From contig KZ538230.1 of the NCBI GenBank assembly GCA_000934665.2, positions 62,001 through 96,367 of the forward strand: a DNA stretch of 34,367 bases, given 5' to 3'. Positions 25,080 to 34,367 of this stretch are shown here, in pieces. Under the pieces are notes generated by a model. The model worked only from the letters and a program-made list of their open reading frames with translations. It ran no database searches and was not told the DNA's origin. Position numbers and translations under genes: made by a program. Each line of letters starts with the position of its first letter. Within the stretch, counting starts at the first letter, position 1. Source of the stretch: Catajapyx aquilonaris. Lineage: Eukaryota.

Positions 25080-25341
25080 GTAGCGCACAGATAATAAACA
25101 ACCAATCTGTTGTTGCCAAGTTATGGCGAATTGTGAAGTTGTGTACAATCCGCACCCCACCTAGCAACTAAACGGTCCGCTCGCTAACGCCGCCCACCTG
25201 ACGCGTCTGAGCGCACCCATTCCTTGTCTATGAACCCTCTCTAGATGGCGTTTCCGGACACGGGTTCCTAGGTCAAATATGTTTGTCTTGGTCCCCTCTA
25301 TTACCCCTACAAGTTTGTCCCCCGAATTCATTTACACCCTG
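25080..25341 (-). mobile_element. Fragment of Tc1/mariner-type element (CAGGGTG terminus)
   Basis: 25200-25341 is the reverse-complement homologue of 33976-34120 and ends CACCCTG|TA. Left boundary approximate. Confidence 0.7.
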
Positions 25342-26190
25342 TATAAACAAAATCACAATGATCAATTGAAAACATATTATAATAGCCTGGTTGTGAATCT
25401 GCCCAGGAAGATTTCCTATACTTTGTTGAAGCCAGGCTGATAATGCAGGTCAATACTAAAAGCTCTACAAAATGCTAATTTCAATAGCATAAGTGACGCG
25501 TAATGAAAGTATAGTTAAGAGAGCAATGAAAAGCCATAATTTGTCATCCAAAGTCGTCTTCATTACATTGGTTTATTTCCATATAACTATCTAATTTATC
25601 TTTCAATCAACTGGTTTTCAGAAGTTACTAAAGGCAGATTCAGACACTCGGGGTGATTTTGTTACGCCCATACAAATTTCGCATTTATTTTAAATGATAA
25701 ATAGGCAGACAAATAAAATTGCACTTATGTGGAACGCTGGTATTTAGCCTGGACTATCCAATTCCGTTGCTAACTAATTTTTTGATATTTTCGAAGATAG
25801 ACTGGTTGTGACCTACTAAGTACCGTAGTACCCATTTTTCGCCATTTCATATAAATCCCAGTTTGAAAATGACATGTTAAAAACATTTAAATGAAAAATG
25901 GTTTAAAATTTGATGATAACAATACAATCTGATCCTATTATTGCATAGATTGCATTTAGCACATTGGAACCAATTAACGGCGTAACACGGGTACTACCTG
26001 TACTGCAGGAAGTACTGGACGACCGACACCATTTCCTTCTGCGATTGTCGTTGCAGCAGTTTAGACCCTCACGAAGCACGGGTTTGCTGCTGGCGGGGGT
26101 GACAGGGTGGCCAGTGTTGCATTCTCAGCCCCAATGCATATGGGCTGGCTCTACTGGAATATGGCCAGTCAATGAAAACTGCATCCTTTA

Positions 26191-26338
26191 GGGCCAGTTG
26201 CACCGGCCTCAGTATAACTTAGAACCTCGGGTATAACAAGAATTGCCATAGCAATCATTGTTGGTCAACAATGATTGCTATGGCAATTCTTGTTATACCC
26301 GAGGTTCTAAGTTATACCGAGGCCGGTGCAACTGGCCC
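26191..26338. mobile_element. 148-bp near-perfect palindromic Harbinger/Tourist-like MITE
   Basis: TTA TSD, GGGCC termini; arms of 73 bp with one mismatch and a 2-nt centre. Confidence 0.9.
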
Positions 26339-26812
26339 TTAATCTCTTGTATACTTCTACTTTGGAACACATTGTTGACATTCATTTCTGTGCAACCTTC
26401 ATTTGTCAACACATCCCTGTGTAGTGTCATCAGGGAGCATATACTCTCTGGTGTCATGGTAACAGATGAAGCAACAATATGGAAAACGAAAAAACGCGGA
26501 ATTTTTTGTGGGCTTTTAGACTTTAAAAAATAAAATCAGTTTTTGGACTTTTTCCGGAGTCACAGAAAGGTAAGACATGGGTGGGAAAAATTTCAGCGCT
26601 CTCAGTACTCAGGAAGTGGGTTAAATAAGCGTGATAAATATACATATGTTATACGTACATCCACTCTCGTTTATAATAATAGGGATGTATTTTACCTTGA
26701 CCAGGTAATGGCAAATCATCAGTGTCGTTGCCCAAAAACAATGAACAAGGGATTGTTTTCTGCCTTCAAATCATCTTTTCAGACTACTAGCAACAGAAAC
26801 CCAGCCTTTTAG

Positions 26813-27065
26813 CCCTGGAACCGTGACGTGGCTTTTAGGACCCTATCCATATTTTAATTTTTATTAATTTTTATATAATACTTTTCAATGTATTGACTAT
26901 ATGCCATCATTCTTTGCACAATGCCTGAAATGATCGCTAATTCAAAATAAACATGCACTTCCTGTTATACACTTTTTGTAAATGGCAAAAGTTCATTGTA
27001 ATTATCATTTTAATGCATTTAAATTCCTTCGGGGTCCTAAAAAACCCCACGTCACGGTTCCAGAG
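26813..27065 (+). mobile_element. piggyBac-like MITE, copy 1
   Basis: TTAG|CCCTGGAACCGTGACGTGG ... CCACGTCACGGTTCCAGAG|TTAA; AT-rich core shared with copy 2. Confidence 0.75.
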
Positions 27066-27399
27066 TTAACTGATGATGCACAAAACTCAACTCAAATATT
27101 AAAATTTCTCGTGTCTAGTCAGCCACGATCAGAAGGGTAACAAAAAAAAACTTTAAATACTTTTAATTGCATTCTATGAGGATACTTTTGGATTATTAGA
27201 CATGTTTACAAATTAAAGTCAGTACTTAAATGCATAGTACATTTGGCTTATGCTGGCAGTTAATAATAATAATCCAAAAATGGATTATTTCAGCATTAAT
27301 TAGCATCCCTGAAATGTACCATCTAATGTTGGGTTGGAAAGAAATTAAAATCACTAAAGTTAAACCGCCTAAAGCCAGCTGGCATTTGCAACATGGTAA

Positions 27400-28600
27400 G
27401 CACCGCTAGTTTGAATGCCCCACGTTATCAATTCTGGCGAAATTACAAACCAAAATTAGTATCTGCAAACGTGTGAAAATTAATTGCTGCACAATTGCTG
27501 CTCACACCTGTCTTTACTCTCATCTCTTCCCGTTACATGCGTAGCTCCCTGGAGCATGATACCCGCCCCCAACCCGACCAAACAGCCCCTGAGTATTGAG
27601 TCTGCCCGCACCGAAGACGGCAGTGAGACTACAGCGAAATTAACACCCGCCAGCCCTTCTTTCGCGCCCGCCATCTTAGCGATGTAATTTTGACAGGCTC
27701 TTGTAGGGCTGCCTAGGACAATACCCTTCCAGATGCCCTCTCAAGGGTACAATGGCTTCGCCCCGGCCCAGAGTCCCTCCCAGGACTGTCCCACCATCAT
27801 GTTCGGCGCTGGCTTTGACCCAATGGGAGACACGCTCTCAGCAAAACCCACCTTTAAAACTCGCAAAAACTGCGTCTGCATATGGACTTTTCACAGCACC
27901 AAAATTTAGCTGGATGGAAAACCTGGTTGTTACAACACTGCGATAAGTTCAGACAGCCAATGTGTCTATTTCCAACACTGGAAGTGTCCTCCATGTTTGA
28001 GCACTTGGCCAATGATTTTGCCGCTCATTGTCTTCATGCAGTTAATTTAATTACAATATTTCAAAATTGCGGAATCACTGCAAAGAGCATGTATTTCTTA
28101 GGGTATGTGACGTAAGGAAATGGTAAATGTGGTAAATGTTATTGCAAATTCGTGAAAAAAAGAACGTGCAAGACATGTAAATTGAAACGGAATTATTTTG
28201 TCGCAAAATAAATTTCCCAAGTGCTGATCTTGTGTTATTTAAAACTAACAAGAGGAAGTACCTTATCATGGCACCTGTCAGCCTGCGAGACGCCCTTTCT
28301 CAGGTGCCTGGACCGCACCATATTGAAACACTCGTGATCACATGTTGCATTCTGAAGATGGTGATAGGTCACGGCAGATGTAGGCTTCCAATATGACCGC
28401 CTGTGTGCTGAAAATGCAAGCATCAACATGGCGCTGATGCACAAAATCCGGTTGTGAACTTCGTGATGGGGATCGACGAACTGCGAGGCTGTGCCGTCGC
28501 ATTGTGAAAATATTATGGGTGTTATCGTAGTCATGCGGTGACGATGTTGGCGGCAATGACGTAAGTGGAAGGTTCACCAGCACCCGAACCCTTGGAATAA
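27400..28600. promoter_or_regulatory. CpG-rich putative bidirectional promoter / first non-coding exons
   Basis: CpG-rich stretch between two divergent genes. Outward-facing YY1-like motifs AAGATGGCG (minus, 27669-27677) and AACATGGCG (plus, 28425-28433). Strong plus-strand donor GTAAGT at 28561. Confidence 0.5.
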
Positions 28601-28882
28601 TGATAGAAAAACAAATATTGAATGGATGCTAGCCATGTGCACTATAATTAAATGGAGAAATAGGCATTATTCTGGCACCGCCTGCCATGGTGATTATTCT
28701 ACTAGAAATTCCACCCATTTTTTGTCCCTTGCAATTTGTGATGTCAGCTTTCCATGAGCTGTCATGGAAATTAGTGTTTTATATTGCAAATGCAAGTGGA
28801 ATCAAGTTGTTTTCCAGGATATATCATCTTGTTTGGCATATTTGGTCTAGATATACTGACCTTCAAAGAAAAGGCTTCTTAG

Positions 28883-29217
28883 CCCTGGAACCGTGATGTG
28901 CCTGAAAGTTACGTCAGAGGTTACGTTAACCGTGACGTGGGGTCTTTTCGGACCCCATTAATATTTTATTTTTTATTAATTTTATATAATATAATTTATA
29001 TTAATTTTTATATCACATAATTTTTATTCATTTTTACATAATTTCAATACTACGTGCAATAATTTTTTGATCAATGCCAAAAATGATCGCTAATTTAAAA
29101 CAAACAAGCACTTCCTGTTATATACTTTTTTAAATGGCAACAGCTCATTGTAATTATCATTTTAATGCATTTAAATTCCTTTGGGGTCCTAAAAGACCCC
29201 ACGTCACGGTTCTAGGA
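28883..29217 (+). mobile_element. piggyBac-like MITE, copy 2
   Basis: TTAG|CCCTGGAACCGTGA... CCACGTCACGGTTCTAGGA|TTAA; colinear with 26813-27065, with a short rearrangement in the left TIR. Confidence 0.75.
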
Positions 29218-29257
29218 TTAATAATCAGATGTAAATGCAATTTTTTTTTGTTTCAGA

Positions 29258-29446
29258 ATGATACTTCCACCAAGAGGTACATGTGGGATAATACTCCTGA
29301 GCATTTCGATGCATTCATTATGGCAAGCTCAGGCCAAGCTACATGAAAGATATACTGATCTTCCACCAGAACATGTAGCATTTTACTTTAACAGCTTCCC
29401 AGAAATTGCTGCTAGATGTGAGAAGGACAAATACTGTCCTTATAAG
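29258..29446 (+). CDS. EOGT: EOGT coding exon 1
   Basis: tttcag|a ATG; MILPP...[29 protein letters not shown]|gtaact. Confidence 0.9.
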
Positions 29447-32400
29447 GTAACTCTAAAAGTTCTTTATATCATGTGCTTCAGAATGTATGTCACATTCATA
29501 ATAATGTAAATTTCACAGATGCCCACCACAATCTGTTCATCTTCAGATTTGGTGTACAGTTATGTGTGCTATTGGAAAGCCCATTACACGAGCTTTACAC
29601 AGTGATGTATGTAACTCATGATGGCATTGCACTTCCCCTTGGATCCATGGACCTGGGCACTTTCTACAGTGTACCTTCCATATCCACAGATTCAACCAAC
29701 TGTTGATTGAAAATAGTCTGGGAAAGAAATCCAAAAAGTGCCAAAAATTAAAACTTGAATTTGCCATGCACTGAGCACTACAATTTAGAATAACAATACT
29801 ATTTCTATAAAACTTGCATGGTTTATGCATTGTAAGTAATTTAGAGTTGATTTTAAGTACACCAGAGAATGTGCGTAGGTTATATGCATATACTACACCA
29901 CATTATGTAAGGGATTTGAGCATCCACAGATTTTAGCAGCCATGGGAGAGCCTGGAACTAATCCTCCACGTAAATGGTGGACCAGCTGTTCAATTGTCCT
30001 ATTTAGAGTACACCTTGAGAAATAAAAGTAATAAGTTTACTCCTTATAGGCGGCCTGCCCTTACTTCGACCATACGTCATCGTTTCGTTTACCAACTCTA
30101 GTCAACAGAACTCTGCCTAATGTACCCCTGGAACCCCCTATTTTTCAAGTTTTCCATGGAACTGCTCTCAGACAACAATTGGAGTAAACAATGTCAACAA
30201 AATGAACACTGCTCCTATTGTTGTATGAGGTCATTTCCATGGAAATGGGGGATGTGGGGTGTTCTAGGGGGGTTCTGTTGACTATTAGGAGTCAGTAAAC
30301 AAAATGATGATTTATGGTAGAAGTAAGGGTGGGCTGCCTATACAATGAGGTCAAGTACTACCCAGGCAAAAAAAACAACCAATGTTACAGTTAAGGATGA
30401 GCTGAAGTAGGAGAAAGAGCAAACGAGCATCTATGAGATTTTCACTGCTACAGATGTAAGCAAAAGTTTGAAACAAATGGTGTGTTGTTACTGGCTTGTG
30501 AGGTATCACATGCGCACTCTCTTGCAGTGACCAGCGTCAACTTGAGTTTACAAAATTTGTGCTGATTCCTGATGTGTGCTCAATTTTGATGCACTATGTA
30601 TTGGAGTTCATAGGGTGGTGTTTTTACCAGTATCGTCAGTGCCAATGTAAAGAAATGGATCATCACAACTAGTGAATGTGGCTATAATGTTGCTTTCAAT
30701 GGGTTATTTTATTTACACTGGTTGCATCACAAAACAATATTTTTTTACCTTGCACTGACAACTTGTTCACTGCATCATCCTGAATAGTGTTCAGAAATCT
30801 CCTGGGAGAGTTTATTTGAAATTTCAGTACACTGTACGTGATGAATAGAATAAGAAGGAAGCAATCAATATAACGCAAAGAAGCAGGAAGCATCTTGTTA
30901 TAAAGGAAAATAATTACAATCACCTGCTTTTTAGATATTCATGAACAAATCAGCTTGTTGGGGATATGAAGAGGACTGTGACCCTATAAATTCATACCAG
31001 ATGCCAGAATGCCCTGGAGAGCACCGTGGGTGGGTTCAGTCCAAAAAGGAACAGATAGAGACATTTTACAACCAGGCTGACTTTGGATACATACGTGAGA
31101 GAAGAAGGGAGTTGATGGTGATGTGTGAGCCCACATTCAGAGAGGACTCATCTTTAGTGTGCAGCAAGTACCTTCGCTTTTGTGAGGGAAGGAATCTAAT
31201 GCTTGACTTTGGTGGGTTGCTTAATAGGACTGAGCCCATTCGCTATAAGATGGATGTTCTAGGACCAGGGCAGATTGGAGGGTACTGCAGGTGAGTTGAA
31301 GAGCCTCTTTTTGAATCTATGGAAGTGAGGTGATCTGTAGAAATGGGTTAAAATATTTATTAATCAACATGAAGGGTACTGTGTCAGTGGCTGATCCGGG
31401 GGCGGGGGGCGAAGGGGCGCTCGCCCCCCCCCCCCCCCCCCCCNNNNNNNNNNNNNNNNNNNNNNNNNNNNNNNNNNNNNNNNNNNNNNNNNNNNNNNNN
31501 NNNNNNNNNNNNNNNNNNNNNNNNNNNNNNNNNNNNNNNCCCCCCCCCCCCCCCCCCCCCCTCGAAATAATTTCTGGATCCTCCCCTGTACTGTGTAAAT
31601 ACTGTTTCACCCCACTTTTCATAGAGCAGAAACTGAAATTCAGGGGTGCAAACTGCGGGCACATCTTCAGTCAAAACCTTGATCTCATTGCCAACACATT
31701 TTCCAGTCATTTCAATAGTTATTGTAATCCTAACATTATTAATGTAACCTACCATTGTAAGAGTAAGAACACTGCATGTGGCCTCACCACCTAGTAGTGG
31801 TCAGCAATAATAAAGCAATGGCCGCCACTGTTGAGTGCTGAAGCCAGCGAGAGAGAGAGAGAGAGAGAGAGCCTCTTGCTCGTACAATGTTTGTGTTGTA
31901 ATTGAAAAACTATTCAAATTACTCAAGAGACCCAGAAGAGATCAAGGAAGGGATTGATGATTTCTGTTGGCCTAATTCAAATACAGTCAACCCCACACAC
32001 TGTAAGCAACCCTTGGTTATAGCTAACTTGAAAGTCTGGTCCTGCAATAGTTCCACCTATGGCCTGTATATTTGGATATAAGAAACCTCTGGGGTGGCGG
32101 AGTGGTGCTGCGGTAACGTATGCGTCCACGGATGTTAAGGTCCCAGGTTCGATCCCAGCCCGGGGACACGCCCTTCATCTCGTGCAGAGTTCAGGGTCAC
32201 CTCTGGCTTCGTCTCGGGTGGTATTTCCTACAGACTAAACCACCCGGGGGAGTTCACTAAAAATGGCCACATAAAGACATTGCACTGCACCTTGCACATC
32301 CCCTCCTGTCATCCTGCCCGTGGGCCCGGGCGCTTCAATAATTAGGTTCCAAATATGTAGTACATCGTACAAATAAAGGTCCGGGCTACATGCCGAGAAG

Positions 32401-33957
32401 GCCAAGCACTACCCGGATATTATTATTATATGTATTATATAAGAAACCTCTGTTATAGGATACTGATTTCTGAAATCCCTTGAAGTGTCTCATATCTGGA
32501 GTTCACTGTAGCCTGCCTGTTTCAACAGTTGCAACTGTGGTGTCAACTTTAAGATGCATGTCCTAGTGCTTTTGAATCTATGATCATCCAATTCAAACCT
32601 TCAATGACCAGAACTACCAGAAGCAGCCCTGGAGCTTACTCCACGCAATGTAGAAGACATCCAGAGTGCTTACAAAAGAGTCACATGTTCCAGCCTCTGG
32701 GAGTTTACAGATTTATGATATCACGTGACATGTTCATGGTCTCATTTGAAATGAATATTCTATGAGGCTGTATGAAATCAGGACAGTGTTGGTATCAAAT
32801 ATGATGGCATTTTCCCAACAGTTGTTGCTTCCAAAAAACTGTTTGATATGCAGGAAACAAGTAATTCCTGAGCAAACATAAACACAGGACCCATGTAGTA
32901 ACAGTAGTGCCATTTTAAAAAATCTACATCTATGGGTGTACAGTTTCTGTGTGTGCTGACTATAATCTACATCTCTATGTGCTTGTTATGTACTGTACCA
33001 GTCGTGCTTTATTTACACCACTAGCTTGCCCACATTAAATAGGGAAATTTATTGTATGATTTGTTAGTACATGCAGTTTAGCAAACATGACTTTGCAGTA
33101 CTTGTATGTGCATCATGAACTGTAGCTTTAGTATGTAGTAATGTAGTGTAACACTGTTTCAGGTACCATAGAGAAAGACTGATGAATGAAACCGACCACA
33201 TGAGTCCACTGCAGTCATGGGCTCCTGAGTTGCAACACTTTCAGCCTCTTTCCACAAGGCCTATTGGCAGTGGAAACTGTGACATCCTTGTAGAAAAGCC
33301 AACATTCATAATGAAAATTGATGCAAGTAAGTAACATGCAGGTCATTAATATTATTATAATAAGGGCACAATGTGGCACAATGTCTCCTGTGATATGATA
33401 ATACGACCATTAAATTTTGGCAGCTGTGAATCTGTACCACCATTTCTGCGACTTCTTCAATCTCTATGCTTCGCTTCATGTGAACTCATCCCATTTTGAT
33501 GCCTTCACAACTGATGTCCACATACTCATCTGGGAGACTTACTCTTACTATTCAAATTTTGGTGTCACATGGGATGCATTTACCACAAATCCCATCTGGG
33601 ACTTGAAACACTTTGCCGGGAAGAAGGTCTGTTTTAAGAATGTTGTGTTTCCTCTATTGCCCAGGATGATATTTGGACTCTATTACAACACACCAATTGT
33701 AAGTGACTTTTGTGTGGTCCTCCCTCTCATAGTAATGTGAATTGTGTCCTTAAATCTAGATTTGGGGTTGTGAGAAGAGTGGATTGTTCCATGCATTTTC
33801 CAAGCACATCTTGCACAGGTTGAGGATACCATCCAGGAAGCCTGGGCCCAAAATTCAAGTGACATTGCTGTCTAGAGACACAAAGTATCGGAGGATTCTC
33901 AATGAAGTCAAGTTGCTGGCAGGGTTGAGGAGAAATCCAGCTTACTCTGTAAAGAAG
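29258..33957 (+). CDS. EOGT: EGF domain-specific O-linked N-acetylglucosamine transferase (GT61), 5' part, continues beyond window
   Basis: Exons 29258-29446, 30935-31290, 33163-33326, 33424-33698, 33760-33957, all GT-AG and in phase. Signal peptide-like N-terminus and EOGT motifs [79 protein letters not shown]. Confidence 0.95.
29667..29988 (+). mobile_element. Tigger3/MER2 (Golem)-like non-autonomous element
   Basis: TA|CAGT start. Blocks gattcaaccaac, aaaacttgaatttgcc, atgtgcgtaggttatatgca.atactac, aaggga.ttgagcatcc and cctggaac.aatcc match my recollection of the Tigger3/MER2 consensus. Confidence 0.7.
30045..30342. mobile_element. Degenerate foldback MITE
   Basis: TATAGGCGGCCTGCCCTTACTTC ... 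GAAGTAAGGGTGGGCTGCCTATA with inner TAGTCAACAGAAC/GTTCTGTTGACTA. Confidence 0.75.
30935..31290 (+). CDS. EOGT: EOGT coding exon 2
   Basis: ttttag|[15 protein letters not shown]...QADFGYI...IGGYC-R|gtgagt. Confidence 0.95.
31385..31588. mobile_element. hAT-type MITE containing a poly-C run and an assembly gap
   Basis: CAGTGGCTGATCC ... GGATCCTCCCCTG with exact 8-bp TSD TACTGTGT; N run at about 31444-31539. Confidence 0.8.
31849..31871. repeat. (GA)n microsatellite
   Basis: Visible GA tandem run. Confidence 0.9.
31984..32508. mobile_element. pogo/Tigger-like MITE interrupted by a SINE
   Basis: TA|CAGT ... ACTG|TA; after removing the SINE it aligns with 18825-18981. Confidence 0.65.
32092..32436 (+). 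mobile_element. Full-length tRNA-derived SINE
   Basis: A/B boxes (GGTTCGATCCC), (ATT)n tail, 16-bp TSD ATATAAGAAACCTCTG (32076-32091, 32437-32452). Confidence 0.9.
33163..33326 (+). CDS. EOGT: EOGT coding exon 3 (not in ORF track)
   Basis: tttcag|[26 protein letters not shown]...[16 protein letters not shown]|gtaagt. Confidence 0.93.
33424..33698 (+). CDS. EOGT: EOGT coding exon 4
   Basis: ggcag|[21 protein letters not shown]...GLYYNTPI|gtaagt. Confidence 0.95.
33760..33957 (+). CDS. EOGT: EOGT coding exon 5
   Basis: After a 61-nt intron: [21 protein letters not shown]...AYSVKK|gtaatg. Confidence 0.93.
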
Positions 33958-33975
33958 GTAATGGATGGGAATATA

Positions 33976-34367
33976 CAGGGTGTTTATTGTAACTCTGCAA
34001 AGACTTGCAGGGGTGATAGAGGGGACCAAGACAAACATTTTTGACATAGGAAACCATGTCCGGAAACACCATCTAGAGGGGGTTCATAGACAAGGAACGG
34101 GTGCGCTCAGACGCGTCACGCGAGAGGCGCTAGTAGATCGGACTGTTTTGTTGATAGATGGCACGCAGGTGTTGCCAGGTTATGGGGTATCGTGTCGTTG
34201 TAAGTAAACAACAACGCGATACGCCATAACCTGGCAACAACAGAACCGCTGTTGATTATCTGCGCGTCTCCTAGGAGGCGGACTTTAGTTGCTAGATGGC
34301 TCTGTTGTTGCCACGTTATGGCACATCGCATCGTTGGTTACTATCCGAGTGCCATCTATCAACAAAA
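33976..34367 (+). mobile_element. Tc1/mariner-type non-autonomous element, cut by window end
   Basis: TA|CAGGGTG terminus 18 nt into the EOGT intron; homologous to 25200-25341; internal palindrome TGTTGCCAGGTTATGG...CCATAACCTGGCAACA. Confidence 0.75.

Noticed and set aside
23602..25341. Single large element bounded by CAGGGTG...CACCCTG
   Set aside because: The ends match only in the terminal 7 nt; more likely a pile of independent insertions.
31317..31794. ORFs spanning poly-C and N
   Set aside because: Open only because of the assembly gap within a hAT MITE.
1..34367. Prokaryotic systems (CRISPR arrays, operons, defence islands)
   Set aside because: The sequence is spliced eukaryotic DNA and no regularly spaced repeat-spacer array is visible.

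Overview
Eukaryotic, intron-rich genomic DNA, probably from an arthropod (insect-like EOGT, gene-body CpG depletion, insect-type MITEs and SINEs). It holds two head-to-head genes. (1) On the minus strand, a 9-exon gene of about 1,246 aa (CDS about 19911 to 7797) whose GT-AG junctions all keep the frame when assembled by hand. It looks like a double transposon domestication: a His-rich N-terminus, a Gypsy/Ginger-type integrase (intact HHCC zinc-binding domain, core with the catalytic acidic residues apparently lost), one C2H2 finger, four pogo/Brinker-like HTH repeats, and a terminal CENP-B/Tc5-like HTH with no DDE domain. (2) On the plus strand, the first five coding exons of EOGT (29258 to beyond 33957), continuing past the window end. 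A CpG-rich stretch at about 27.4-28.6 kb is the likely shared promoter. Introns and the intergenic region contain many non-autonomous elements: TTAA foldbacks, Harbinger/Tourist, hAT, Tc1/mariner/Tigger and piggyBac-like MITEs, a Helitron-like element, tRNA-derived SINEs, and a Galileo/P-like foldback with a probable 20-bp excision footprint. All calls were made by eye with no database searches. Family names come from recalled consensus motifs.
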